DNA from: Candidatus Obscuribacteraceae bacterium
GTDB taxonomy: Bacteria; Cyanobacteriota; Vampirovibrionia; Obscuribacterales; Obscuribacteraceae
Reading direction: 5' to 3'
DNA: 64,000 nt
NCBI GenBank assembly: GCA_044226015.1
Contig: JBGAHS010000010.1
Coordinates: forward strand, 64,001 to 128,000
Shown here: one piece after another, positions 30,006 to 40,641 of the stretch
Layout: each line of letters starts with the position of its first letter
Numbering within the stretch: the first letter of the stretch is position 1
The notes under the pieces: model-generated
What the model saw: the letters and a program-made list of their open reading frames with translations, nothing else
Told to the model about the DNA's origin: nothing
Databases searched by the model: none
Made by a program: the position numbers and the translations under genes

Positions 30006-32252
30006 ATGTCTGAGCCTGCCAGCGTATATAAGAGCTCAGCGGCGAAGAATAACTCGTCCGACACCGGTTCAGCAGAGTCTGAGCGCTTGAACGGTAGTGT
30101 TGAACGAATTACTTTTCACAGCGAGGAGAGTGGCTTTTGCGTCGTAAAGGTGAAGGTACAAGGGCGCAAGGACTTAGTAACTGTCACGGGGTCCGCAGCA
30201 GCTATCACCACCGGAGAATTCATTGAATGTTCCGGCAGTTGGATTAACGACAAGAATTATGGACTTCAATTCAAAGCACAGAGTCTTGTTGTTGTGCCTC
30301 CGACAACACTTGAAGGTATTGAAAAATATCTTGGTTCAGGCATGATCAAGGGGATAGGACCTCATTACGCGAAGAAGATGGTTGAGACCTTTGGTGCTGA
30401 GATTTTCGAGGTAATCGAATCCGAGCCCGAGCGATTAAACTCTTTACCCCGTTTCGGAAAAAAACGCATCGAAAAAGTGGTTGCTGCCTGGGGAGAACAG
30501 CGAGCAATCAGAGAAATCATGGTCTTCCTCCAATCGTATGGTGTCAGCACCTCACGCTCTGTTCGAATCTATCGAACCTATGGTGATCAAGCTATTTCGA
30601 TGGTGTCAGAAAATCCTTATCGCCTCTCTTCTGATATTCATGGGGTAGGATTTAAATCTGCCGACCAGATAGCTCAAAAGATAGGTATTCCCCGCGATTC
30701 AGTTATCAGGGCACAGGCGGGTGTAAAACATGCACTTCAAGAACTAGCATCTGATGGGAACTGCGCATGTGAAAAATCTGCACTGCGCCAAAAGACATGT
30801 GAACTTCTGGAGATTTCGCCTCAACTCTGTGAAGAAGCCATTACTGAAGAACTGAAACTAGGTAATCTGGTAGAAGAATGTGTCGCTGAAAAAGAGTTGA
30901 TCTATTTAAGCGCTCTCTTCAGAGCGGAACTTGGTGTGGTTGAAAATTTGCTTCGTCTGCTTCAAGGTGAGTCACCATGGGCGATGGTCGATGCTCGCCA
31001 AGCTATCCCGTGGGTCGAAAATAAAGCAAAGATTCAACTGTCCGATTCACAACGCAAAGCGGTCGAGCTAGCGTTGAAAAGCAAAGTGCTTGTAATTACT
31101 GGTGGACCCGGCGTCGGAAAAACTACAATCGTAAATAGCATTCTGCAAATTATGAGCGCTAAGCAGGCGAAAATTGCCCTATGTGCACCTACCGGAAGAG
31201 CCGCTAAACGCCTTTCTGAATCTACCGGAATGGAAGCAAAAACTATACATAGGCTGCTTGAGTTTGACCCTAAAATAAGGGGATTCAAGCGCAATAAAGA
31301 CAATAAAGTAGAGACGAATGTTCTTGTGGTTGATGAATCTTCGATGATCGACATCGTATTGATGCATCAGCTTTTGTGCGCAATTCCAAGCAACGCTGTA
31401 GTGCTTTTGGTTGGAGATGTTGACCAATTGCCTTCAGTTGGACCCGGAACTGTCCTTTCGAGCATAATTGAATCGGGCGTCATCGCAACTGTGAGGCTAA
31501 CGGAGATCTTTCGACAAGCCGCTAGCTCAAAAATTATCGTAAATGCTCATAGAATCAACAAAGGACAGATGCCTTTGAAGCAAGAAAAGCAAGATGAACT
31601 TGTAGATTTTTATCTTGTGCCGGCAGAATCTCCGGAGGACATCAACAAGAAACTTGTTCAAATTGTACAGGAGAGAATTCCAAAACGTTTTGGTCTCGAT
31701 CCCGTCAAAGATATACAGGTCCTCACGCCGATGAACAGAGGTAGCCTGGGTTCGCATTCTTTGAATATAGAGTTGCAGAAAAAATTGAATCCAAATCCCG
31801 AAGTTCAAATCAGCAAGTTTGGCACAGTCTTCGCACCGGGAGATAAGGTACTTCAGACTGTCAACAATTATGATAAGGAAGTCTTCAATGGAGACATAGG
31901 GCGAATTGAAAGTATCGATATGGAAGAGCAAGAAGCGCTCGTTGATTTCGATGGACGAAACATACTTTATGATTTCAATGAACTCGATGAGTTATCCCTT
32001 GCGTATTCTACTTCGATTCATAAGTCCCAGGGATCAGAATATCCGGCAGTAGTGATCCCGCTTGCGACGCAACACTTCATGATGCTTGAGCGAAACCTTC
32101 TTTATACAGCTGTTACTCGAGGAAAAAAACTTGTTGTGATTGTGGGTCAGGCGAAAGCTCTAGCTATGGCGGTGAAAAATCTGCGCTCGAATGAACGAAT
32201 TTCCGCTCTGTCCTATCGCTTGAAAATGAGATCTGAGTCTTTGCCGTTTTGA
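30006..32252 (+). CDS. recD2: ATP-dependent RecD2 (RecD/TraA-like) helicase
   Basis: N-terminal VERITF, HhH region, GGPGVGKT, APTGRAAKR, VDESSM, GDVDQLPSVG, HKSQGSEY, YTAVTR. Confidence 0.95.
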   Translation: MSEPASVYKSSAAKNNSSDTGSAESERLNGSVERITFHSEESGFCVVKVKVQGRKDLVTVTGSAAAITTGEFIECSGSWINDKNYGLQFKAQSLVVVPPTTLEGIEKYLGSGMIKGIGPHYAKKMVETFGAEIFEVIESEPERLNSLPRFGKKRIEKVVAAWGEQRAIREIMVFLQSYGVSTSRSVRIYRTYGDQAISMVSENPYRLSSDIHGVGFKSADQIAQKIGIPRDSVIRAQAGVKHALQELASDGNCACEKSALRQKTCELLEISPQLCEEAITEELKLGNLVEECVAEKELIYLSALFRAELGVVENLLRLLQGESPWAMVDARQAIPWVENKAKIQLSDSQRKAVELALKSKVLVITGGPGVGKTTIVNSILQIMSAKQAKIALCAPTGRAAKRLSESTGMEAKTIHRLLEFDPKIRGFKRNKDNKVETNVLVVDESSMIDIVLMHQLLCAIPSNAVVLLVGDVDQLPSVGPGTVLSSIIESGVIATVRLTEIFRQAASSKIIVNAHRINKGQMPLKQEKQDELVDFYLVPAESPEDINKKLVQIVQERIPKRFGLDPVKDIQVLTPMNRGSLGSHSLNIELQKKLNPNPEVQISKFGTVFAPGDKVLQTVNNYDKEVFNGDIGRIESIDMEEQEALVDFDGRNILYDFNELDELSLAYSTSIHKSQGSEYPAVVIPLATQHFMMLERNLLYTAVTRGKKLVVIVGQAKALAMAVKNLRSNERISALSYRLKMRSESLPF

Positions 32253-32324
32253 TTGCTTGGGGAAAGCTTTGATTGCTTTGGGAAAGTTTTAATTGCTTGA
32301 GCATCACGTATTTCAAGGCTCGCG

Positions 32325-34295
32325 CTATTTTGTTGACTTGAGTAATTCGCCAATCGTCGGATTAGGGAGAATAATCGCTTTCCTTTCTCTCCAAATCTTG
32401 TTTAGCTCTGATTCGAAGGTTTTATTGAAATTAAGTCCTTGAATCTTTTTCTCCTTGGAGTTGGCGGCTCGAATGATTTGCTTGGCAATTGAAGTAGAAA
32501 GAGCTTCCCGCGCTTGATCGTATTCAATTACAATTGAAGCTAGATTTTTTGCAGTATCGAATTGCTCATTTTCCAGTGCGGTGTTTGCCGCAAAGAGCAG
32601 TGGTGCTGGATTGAAATCATTGGGACTCAATTGCGGTATCCGTGACTTGATAAACTCCGTCTGTTGGGGAATAGCCCCAAACTGTTTCAGTCTTAGTTCA
32701 GCATGAATCATTGGCAAGAACATAAAGGCATATCTGGCCCGATCTTTGTCTTTCTTGAGGGACTCTTCAAAACCATTCCAAGCCTGATGATAAGCATCCA
32801 GTGATTCTTTGTATTTGTCATGTGAAAAATAGAAATTGGCTAAGCCGATTTTTTCATCAAGAAAAGCCTTAGCTTGAGAGTTCTCCAGGGCGTATTTCTC
32901 GGCAATTTTGTAACACTCCACCACTTTTTTCGGTTCGTCGTTTCGATCGTAAGCCTCAGCTAAGCGTACATATAATGTGCTCAAGCGCCCAGTCATTTTT
33001 AGCTTGCTGAGGTCTTGAATAGCGGTGCTGAAGTATTTTATGCTTTTCTCCGGTTCTGAAGTACTCATGTATTTAAGTCCGATTTCGTATTTACACATTG
33101 CCGCTGTACCAGGGCGATGTTCTTTTAGAGCGGATTGCTCCGCCAATTTGTATAGTCGGATTGATTCGTCCTTATTTTGTGACCAAGCAGTATCTGCTCT
33201 TTCAACCAATTCGTCTGCTGACAATGAGTTCAAGTGACTGCTCTTTTGACCAACTAAAGACTTGCTGTGCCTCTTATGCAAGACGATTGACGAAGCGTCA
33301 GCCTTGCGCTGCATGATAGATTGAGAGAACAATGCGCAAACCGCTAGCAAAGAAAGAACAGAAAAAATTGTGAATGCCATTTGAGGAATTCGCAGTTTTG
33401 CTGGAGCGGCTTTTACTCCTAAATCTGCTGATTTCAATGCCAGATAAAGGTCATTGGCATTTTGGAATCTATTCTCTGGGGATTTTTCGAGACATCTTAA
33501 AATGGCTTGCTTCAGGTCGGGGCTAACAAGTACGCCAGGTGCAAAATCGATCTTGCTGTTAAGGTGCATGTCCATCAAGACGAGGCTTGAGTCTCCCGTA
33601 AAGGGCTTTCTGCCCGTTACGCATTCATAGAGTACACAGCCCAGGGAGTAAATATCAGAGCGTGCATCTATTATGCCTGAGGTGCATTGCTCTGGGCTCA
33701 TATAATGAGGCGTTCCCACAATAAAAGCAGTTCTAGTGATTCTGGCACTGTCGGTGGTGTCGTCTGTCGTGATTTCTTTGGCGAGCCCGAAGTCGAGTAG
33801 TTTAAAATCTGTTTGTTCATCGTCACCTGCTGTACACATTATGTTTGCAGGTTTAATATCTCTGTGAACAATCCCGAATTTGTGCGCGTGCGAGAGAGCA
33901 TCGGCGAGTTGTAGACCGAAAATGCGAACCTCTTCAAGGCTCATCTTCCTTTGCTGAAGTTGTTTGTCGAGGCTCTCGCCCTGACAGTATTCCATAACGA
34001 GGAAATTCTCATTGTTCGTATTTGTGCCAAATCCAAATAATTTGACTATATTTGGATGTGAGAGTTTTACTGCAAGTCGCGCTTCGCGTCGGAATCGCTC
34101 CTGCGCTGATGGATTGTCGTGAATATCACGCTTTAGAATTTTAATAGCAACTAGTTGGTCCAGCGCCTTGTGCTCAGCTTTGTATACAATGCTGTTTGCG
34201 CCTTCACCAATGATCCCCAAAATGTCGAACCGCTCATCCAGATGCAGGGAGTTTTCCTTCTCATTCGGTTTTCCATTGACGGTAGATTCCATCAT
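32325..34295 (-). CDS. Hanks-type Ser/Thr kinase with TM segment and TPR-like C-terminus
   Basis: IGEGA, VAIK, HRDIKPAN, DFG, GTPHYMSPE, DIYSLG. Confidence 0.92.
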   Translation of the reverse strand: MMESTVNGKPNEKENSLHLDERFDILGIIGEGANSIVYKAEHKALDQLVAIKILKRDIHDNPSAQERFRREARLAVKLSHPNIVKLFGFGTNTNNENFLVMEYCQGESLDKQLQQRKMSLEEVRIFGLQLADALSHAHKFGIVHRDIKPANIMCTAGDDEQTDFKLLDFGLAKEITTDDTTDSARITRTAFIVGTPHYMSPEQCTSGIIDARSDIYSLGCVLYECVTGRKPFTGDSSLVLMDMHLNSKIDFAPGVLVSPDLKQAILRCLEKSPENRFQNANDLYLALKSADLGVKAAPAKLRIPQMAFTIFSVLSLLAVCALFSQSIMQRKADASSIVLHKRHSKSLVGQKSSHLNSLSADELVERADTAWSQNKDESIRLYKLAEQSALKEHRPGTAAMCKYEIGLKYMSTSEPEKSIKYFSTAIQDLSKLKMTGRLSTLYVRLAEAYDRNDEPKKVVECYKIAEKYALENSQAKAFLDEKIGLANFYFSHDKYKESLDAYHQAWNGFEESLKKDKDRARYAFMFLPMIHAELRLKQFGAIPQQTEFIKSRIPQLSPNDFNPAPLLFAANTALENEQFDTAKNLASIVIEYDQAREALSTSIAKQIIRAANSKEKKIQGLNFNKTFESELNKIWRERKAIILPNPTIGELLKSTK

Positions 34296-34600
34296 GTTGC
34301 GCCCTAGGATTCCTGAAACATAAGAAATTCAATACCCCCATTTCTTGGGGTAATTACTTGCGCCGCATCGCAATTTGACGGCGCTCTTTCTTTCATACCT
34401 TTAGCATTCCCTGAAGAGTTGAAATTCATGCGTTAAATTGCTGCCAGCTAGGGGTTTTTAAGTTCCGCCAAAAGGTAACAACGCCTTCGCTCACGTGCAA
34501 ACAAATAGATAATTCTTTTGAGTGGACTCGGAGGATTTTGAAGAAATTGCTCTCCTTTGATGTGCTGGATTTTAATCTTGGAACTGGGGCATTGAGATTT

Positions 34601-34960
34601 GCGAACCGCTATCGGTTCGCGAAAAGAAGCTGTAATGTCGAATTTAACTGATTTTGCTTGTTTATCTTACTTGTCGGAATTTCAAACGACTTGCGGCGAA
34701 AAAATTCGAACCGCTATCGGTTCGCGAAGAGAAGCTGTAATGTCGAATTTATCCGATTTTGCTTGTTTTCTTATTCGACGGAATTTCAAAAACGACTTGC
34801 GGCGAAAAAATTGCGAACCGCTATCGGTTCGCGAAAAGAAGCTGTAATGTCGAATTTATCTGATTTTGCTTGTTTATCTTACTCGACGGAATTTCAAACG
34901 ACTTGCGGCGAAAAAATTCGAACCGCTATCGGTTCGCGGTATTAGCTGTAATGTCGAATT
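34601..34960 (-). repeat. Tandem array, 105-107-bp unit, four perfect-hairpin cores
   Basis: cgaaccg-ctat-cggttcg at 34602, 34707, 34814, 34919 (reverse orientation of the element). Confidence 0.92.
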
Positions 34961-35516
34961 GATTCTGTCGGTTTATCTGCCCTAGTCATAAAATCACTTG
35001 TTCTGGTAACTCAATTTGCTGAAAACTAACCGAATGGTTTTGCAAGCTTATGCAAGAAACAATGTATTTGACTTACTTGAGAACAAAGATAGAAGGGTAA
35101 CTGATTTCCCCACCCCCACGATGGATCAATCAGTTACCGCTTCCGCCGTCCTCTGCTGTTCGGAGCCTGGAACAATTAAAGCGGCTCGTTGTGCGAACCC
35201 CGTGCAAACGAATTTCGAATCTCATTTGTTCAGAGTTTGCATCAATTCAGACCGTTTACCTGAAAAAAGGTGCGGAACGGTTATGATTTCAGCGCACAAA
35301 ACAAATCTAGCCGATCCGAATTGAATATGGACTGGCTCTGACCTGCAGATTCAGATGATTCCTTGTGCTTCTGATGTCTAATCCTCCATTATGCTTAGTT
35401 CCGTCCACGCTTTCCTTGCATAAGTTCTATCGACAGAACTTGTCTTACGCCCCAAGACCAATTAGAGCCACCAGAGAGCTGTCTTGCTTTCATATTTCAC
35501 CTGTTCAAATTTTGCT

Positions 35517-35535
35517 ACTAGACGACCGGTCTAGT
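35517..35535. promoter_or_regulatory. Candidate TetR operator palindrome
   Basis: ACTAGAC-gaccg-GTCTAGT, 45 bp upstream of the tetR ATG. Confidence 0.6.
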
Positions 35536-35580
35536 CCATGCTAAGATTGTATTGTATTGACTCTTATAGGGTGTGAAATC

Positions 35581-36183
35581 ATGGCTAGAACAGCTACAGG
35601 CGAAGAAAGGGATACGAAAGCGCTCCTTTTGGAAGCTGGCATGACCGTAATGTTCGAAAAAGGTTACACGAACACGGGAATTCAGGAAGTTCTCTCCTCT
35701 GTGGGTGTTCCGAAAGGGTCGTTCTATCATTATTTTGAGAGCAAAGAAGACTTCGCTTTGAAGATTATTCGGAATGTTGAAGAGAATTACGTGATTTCAT
35801 TGAATGGATTTCTTCGGGACCCCGCTTTGACTCCTGTTGCACGCTTGCGAAAGTTGTGTGAGACAAAGAAAACCGACTTGGCGGAACAGAGATGTCGTCG
35901 TGGATGTTTGATCGGTAATCTGAGCCAAGAAATGGCTGATCAAAGTGAAGCACTGCGACTGGAGCTTGCCAGAGTCATGGGGCGTTGGCGTGATATTTAT
36001 GCTGCCTGTATAGATGAAGGACAAAATTGTGGCGAGATAAACAAGAAAATGACACCTACAGTGCTTGCCGAGATGTTTTTGTGCGGTTGGGAAGGCAGCA
36101 TCATGCGTGCGAAAACTCAGAAAGATATCCAGCCATTAGAGGCATTTATCGAGGTTATGTTTGGGCAGGTTCTCGTCCCCTAG
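35581..36183 (+). CDS. TetR family regulator (NemR/AcuR-like)
   Basis: GYTNTGIQEVL..VGVPKGSFYHYFESKE, RGCLIGNLSQE, WEG. Confidence 0.9.
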   Translation: MARTATGEERDTKALLLEAGMTVMFEKGYTNTGIQEVLSSVGVPKGSFYHYFESKEDFALKIIRNVEENYVISLNGFLRDPALTPVARLRKLCETKKTDLAEQRCRRGCLIGNLSQEMADQSEALRLELARVMGRWRDIYAACIDEGQNCGEINKKMTPTVLAEMFLCGWEGSIMRAKTQKDIQPLEAFIEVMFGQVLVP

Positions 36184-36458
36184 ATTTGGAAGGATGAAAC
36201 TAGCTGGGGCAATCTCAGAAATCTACCCCAAAAAGGCGCAATTCTTGTTGTCGTTAACACGCCACTTCTGTTGTCGTTGAACGCTTGGAAGGGAGCGGAC
36301 TTTTGTTGTGAACAGAATTTGTTCTTCCAGAAGTTTATTTTCTGAGGTTCGCGTTTGTTCTTGAGGTTCCGACGATCTAGTTCTTAGACTGGGCCATCTA
36401 TTGCACGCAGGTTGCACGTTTAGTTCTTATCATGGACTCCAACGGGTGGAGATCCATA

Positions 36459-37307
36459 ATGGCGAATTTCGAATTGAATCCAAGTAGCGAAAAGTTTGTT
36501 CCGAAAAGTGACGAAGAAACAGCTTCGTTGCATTTAAGAATGGAAGCCTGCGCAATAACAAATCGTGAGATGCCTGAGAACGAACGCTATATCTGGTCCG
36601 AAGATTTTGCTGCAGATTTCGCCAAGAAGTCAGAGAAAGATCACCATTTTACTGGCGCCATAGCCAAGGATTTGAAAGAGCATGGAGCAACTGTTGAACG
36701 GATCGCCACGGTCCCAGAATACAAATCAATTGGCAAGAATTTGAACCAGAGTGATAAAGTCAGAATCACTTTTCCTGAAGCCTGCAAAGGCGATCCTTTC
36801 AGCAATCTGCAAGTAGAAATTGTCCCCCTAGCTGATGGAACAAACGTAAGTTTCAAATCATTAGTCAAGGCGCCTGGCGTTGGTTCACAGCGTTCGTTAG
36901 AAGAAAGCAAGATTACGGTTACTGTGCGTGCAGGTAAGGCAACTCAATCTATCATTGAGTCCGCAGATGGAAGTGTTAAGACTTTGCGCATGGCAAACGA
37001 TGGGAAGCTGGATTCTTTGCTGAACAACGGCAAAGATGGTTCCAAAGATTTTGTAAAATATGATGGAAAGCAAGAGCGTGGAAAAGAGATTCCGATTTTA
37101 GAAATTTTTGAGCCTGCGGATGGAACTCGACAGATAAAGCATTTTGATAGAGGACAACCCATTGAAAAAATTGCAGTGGACGCCCGTAATAAGCTGCTTT
37201 CCTATAATGCTTATGATGAAAAAGGAAAAGAGCTTTCTGCTTACGACTTGAAAAGTTTAACCGGTCGGGCCCTATATCTAGCTCACACATGGGATAAAAA
37301 GGAATGA
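36459..37307 (+). CDS. Hypothetical protein
   Basis: Long ORF; ggag upstream of ATG 36459; no recognised motif. Confidence 0.6.
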   Translation: MANFELNPSSEKFVPKSDEETASLHLRMEACAITNREMPENERYIWSEDFAADFAKKSEKDHHFTGAIAKDLKEHGATVERIATVPEYKSIGKNLNQSDKVRITFPEACKGDPFSNLQVEIVPLADGTNVSFKSLVKAPGVGSQRSLEESKITVTVRAGKATQSIIESADGSVKTLRMANDGKLDSLLNNGKDGSKDFVKYDGKQERGKEIPILEIFEPADGTRQIKHFDRGQPIEKIAVDARNKLLSYNAYDEKGKELSAYDLKSLTGRALYLAHTWDKKE

Positions 37308-37317
37308 CGGCGGAGCT

Positions 37318-37650
37318 GCGAAGAAAAACGCGAAGCGATAGGGGCTGAAAATTTCTGGCGCGAGAAAGTGCAACGCGAAGAAAAACGCAACGCGACGAAA
37401 AACGCGAACCGATAGCGGTTGAAAATTTCTGGCGCGAGAAAATGCAGTGCGAAGAAAAAACGCGAAGCGATAGCGGTTGAAATTTCGGCGCGAGAAAATG
37501 CAGTGCGAAGAAAAAACGCGAAGCGATAGCGGTTGAAATTTCGGCGCGAGAAAATGCAGTGCGAAGAAAAACGCGATCCGATAGCGGTTGAAATTTCGGC
37601 GCGAGAAAGTGCAGTGCGAAGATAAACGCGAAGCGATAGCGGTTGAAATT
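37318..37650 (+). repeat. Tandem array, mostly 55-57-bp unit x6, GCGAAGCGATAGC element family
   Basis: aaaaacgcgaagcgatagcggttgaaatttcggcgcgagaaaatgcagtgcgaag units right after the 37307 stop codon. Confidence 0.9.
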
Positions 37651-37755
37651 TCTCAAGAACATGGTCACTTTGTTTCCATCCTTCTCTTGACGCGCGCTCA
37701 TTTAGCAGAGTTGAAAAGAATGTATATTTTGCTGAACACCTCAGGAAATATTGCT

Positions 37756-39402
37756 ATGGCACGTCGCACCAATTGGCGCTGTTACCCTGCAGTGACCGCC
37801 GTCACTGCAATCCTGAACTCTTTTCTGTTTTGCCCCTCGGTCGACGCGTCAGAGGCTTTGTTCAAGCCCTTATACGCCGAAGGGAAGAAAAATGTCGACC
37901 AGCTAAAAAACTACGCTGAAGGCGAAAGGCTTTTGGAAATGGCTCTGCAGAATGCTGAGCATATTCCGAAAGATTCACCAGAGATGCTCAACCTTCTGAC
38001 TGAGTTATGTCAAGCGTACACTTGTACAGGAAAGGTGACAAAAGCTGAGCCTATTTTGAAAGCTGTCCTCGAAGTTAGAGAAAAATCAAAAAAGAAAGAT
38101 GATTTGGCTCTGTTTCAGACTGTGATGCAGCTCGGGACCGTATATCGTCGCCAGGATAAGTATGCCGAGTCAGAGGCTCTGTATAAGCGGGGACTCAGCA
38201 TGTTTGAAGGAAAGGGACCTATCAAAACCCTGTTTCAAGCACTGGTAATGTACGCACTGGCGTCTTTGTACCTAGATATGAATAAGAATCTAGAGGCGGA
38301 AACCATTATCAATCAGGCTCTTATCCTTCGCAAGCAGAGCATGTTTAGCAAAGGATTGCCAGAAAGCGGACTATATGAAGCACTCGGACGTGCCCTGTTC
38401 CAGCAAGGCAAATACGCTGAGGCAGAGACCAAATATAAATTAGCGCTGGAAACTCTCGAAAAGAAACCTGAAAACAATCGTGATCTTGCTTTCATTGAAG
38501 GCAGCCTGTCCGCTGTATACAAATCTGAAGGACGGTATGATGAGTCCAGAAAACTTCTCGAAGATTCCATCAGAATTCTGGAAAAAACGGATGGACCGGA
38601 AAGCACAAACGTAGCCAATGCTTACAACAAGTTTGCTGAGACGGCGATCGCTCAAGATCGCTACGAAGAAGCTGAAACATATGTGCGCAAAGCGATGGCA
38701 ATTCACGAAAAATTGAACGGCAACGAGCACTCCAATATTGCTAACGACATGTCTAACTTGATCGATATTTACCGGTCACAAGGCAAGTACTCCGCGGCCG
38801 AAACACTCGGCAAGAAGGGGGTGGAAATTTACTCGAAAGTACTGGGTCCTGACTCAGTTATAACCGCAATGGAAATGGAGAAGCTTGCATGGGTGTATTG
38901 CGATCAGGCAAAATACGCTGATGCAAAAACACTATGTAAAAATGCAATTGACATAGTAGGACAAAGGGAAGGACAAAATTCCAACCGAATGCCAAAACTG
39001 TGGCGTCAGCTCGCATTCATAGAGAAATGTTTGAACAACAATGCTGAAGCTGAGCGTTTGCTACTCCAGACCTCGACAGCGCTTGCACAGGACAAGAATG
39101 CCGAGCAAGCCCTCGTGGGGTTCACCTATTCAGAACTCGCAGCTCTCTATGTAGCAGATCATAATCTTGCAGGAGCAGAGGATAGTTCGAAAAAAGCGAT
39201 TGCGGTAGAAGAAAAATTGTATGGAGCTGATCATATACGCCTGCTGGGTGATCTAAATCTTCTATCGCGAATATACGTTGAAGAGAAGCGAGATGCAGAT
39301 GCAGCCGCCATAAAAGCCAGGATAGACACAATCTACGACAAGCATCCCGAATTGAAAAAGCTGTGTCAGTGGCGAAGGTTCCTGCTGCGGCATCACCTGT
39401 AG
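37756..39402 (+). CDS. Secreted TPR protein (kinesin-light-chain-like TPRs), probably the 5' part of a frameshifted TPR-caspase gene
   Basis: Repeated QGKYAEAE-like TPRs; ATG 37756 gives a signal-like N-terminus; the upstream extension lies in repeat DNA. Confidence 0.8.
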   Translation: MARRTNWRCYPAVTAVTAILNSFLFCPSVDASEALFKPLYAEGKKNVDQLKNYAEGERLLEMALQNAEHIPKDSPEMLNLLTELCQAYTCTGKVTKAEPILKAVLEVREKSKKKDDLALFQTVMQLGTVYRRQDKYAESEALYKRGLSMFEGKGPIKTLFQALVMYALASLYLDMNKNLEAETIINQALILRKQSMFSKGLPESGLYEALGRALFQQGKYAEAETKYKLALETLEKKPENNRDLAFIEGSLSAVYKSEGRYDESRKLLEDSIRILEKTDGPESTNVANAYNKFAETAIAQDRYEEAETYVRKAMAIHEKLNGNEHSNIANDMSNLIDIYRSQGKYSAAETLGKKGVEIYSKVLGPDSVITAMEMEKLAWVYCDQAKYADAKTLCKNAIDIVGQREGQNSNRMPKLWRQLAFIEKCLNNNAEAERLLLQTSTALAQDKNAEQALVGFTYSELAALYVADHNLAGAEDSSKKAIAVEEKLYGADHIRLLGDLNLLSRIYVEEKRDADAAAIKARIDTIYDKHPELKKLCQWRRFLLRHHL

Positions 39403-40193
39403 TGTCAGTCAATAAAGCTGCAGAATCAAAACCTGTAAAGAACAAATGGGCATTGGTTGTCGGAATCAGCAATTTTTCCAATCCAGAAATCAATCTTAAG
39501 TTCGCCGCCAAGGACGCGGTAGACTTCTCAAACTTCTTGCTGCATGATGCCCATTTCCCGCCAGATCATGTGAAGGTTCTTACGGATAAGGATGCCACCA
39601 GAGACAATATCATCAAGCAGTTAGGTGATGATTGGCTTGGGCGGCGCGCCGCTCCCGATGACCTGGTAGTTATATATGTATCAAGCCATGGTAGCGTTTC
39701 TCGAAGTGAAGCAGGTGGTGTGAATTTTCTGGTGGCATACGACACAAAGCCAGATGGGCTCCTGAGTACAGGAATCCCGATGCAGTGGTTGTCTCAAATG
39801 ATTAAAGAGCAAGTCCACAGCAACCGCGTTGTCCTTATTTTGGATGTTTGTCACAGTGGATCAAGTTCAGGTGGCGAAAAAGGACTCGTTCGTGAAAACA
39901 CTTTTGACGTAAGTAAAGTTGGGGTGGGTGAAGGTCAAGCAATCGTCTGCTCTTCAGCGCCTGAGCAAGTTTCATGGGAATCAAAGAACTACCCGAATAG
40001 TGTTTTTACTCGCCGATTAATTGAAGGATTGAAGCAAGATAATTCCAAAGTCGATTTGAATAAGGCATTTGCTTACTTGAAAGAGCAGGTGGAATCAGAG
40101 GTCCTTCGCGATCGCGGAAAGTTGCAAACCCCATTGCTTTTCAGTAAGGCATGGCAAGGTACGGCGCCCGTTCTTTCAGTACAAACTAAATAG
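39363..40193 (+). CDS. Caspase-like (peptidase C14) domain
   Basis: KWALVVGIS, His in SSHG, Cys in LDVCHSG, SVFT, QTP; overlaps the TPR ORF in the -1 frame. Confidence 0.85.
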   Translation: MSVAKVPAAASPVVSVNKAAESKPVKNKWALVVGISNFSNPEINLKFAAKDAVDFSNFLLHDAHFPPDHVKVLTDKDATRDNIIKQLGDDWLGRRAAPDDLVVIYVSSHGSVSRSEAGGVNFLVAYDTKPDGLLSTGIPMQWLSQMIKEQVHSNRVVLILDVCHSGSSSGGEKGLVRENTFDVSKVGVGEGQAIVCSSAPEQVSWESKNYPNSVFTRRLIEGLKQDNSKVDLNKAFAYLKEQVESEVLRDRGKLQTPLLFSKAWQGTAPVLSVQTK

Positions 40194-40311
40194 CAATTGT
40201 CCGCGATTCGCCGCGAGAATTTTTGTAGGCAACGCAACAACCAATCAGTGCAGGAAATATACGAAATGCTACTAATCCGTGCAGAGGCAGACACAAAGAA
40301 TCGGCGAACTC

Positions 40312-40640
40312 GCTAATCCGTGGTGTGGCAGAAGCAATGAAGCGCAGCGGCGGACCCGGTATCAGGAAGTGTGTGAAATTTTGCTAGTCCGTGGTGTGGC
40401 AGAAGCAATGAAGCGCAGCGGCAGACCCGGTATCAGGAAGTGTGTGAAATTTTGCTAGTCCGTGGTGTGACAGAAGCAATGAAGCGCAAGGGCAGACCCG
40501 GTATCAGGAAGTGTGTGAAATTTTGCTAGTCCGTGGTGTGACAGAAGCAATGAAGCGCAAGGGCAGACCCGGTATCAGGAGTGTGCGAATTGTTGCTAAT
40601 CCGTGCTGAGGCTGACGCAATGAAGCTGCGGACCATCGGT
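40312..40640 (+). repeat. 71-bp tandem repeat x about 4.5
   Basis: gctagtccgtggtgtggcagaagcaatgaagcgcagcggcagacccggtatcaggaagtgtgtgaaatttt at 40312, 40383, 40454, 40525, 40595. Confidence 0.92.
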
Positions 40641-40641
40641 T

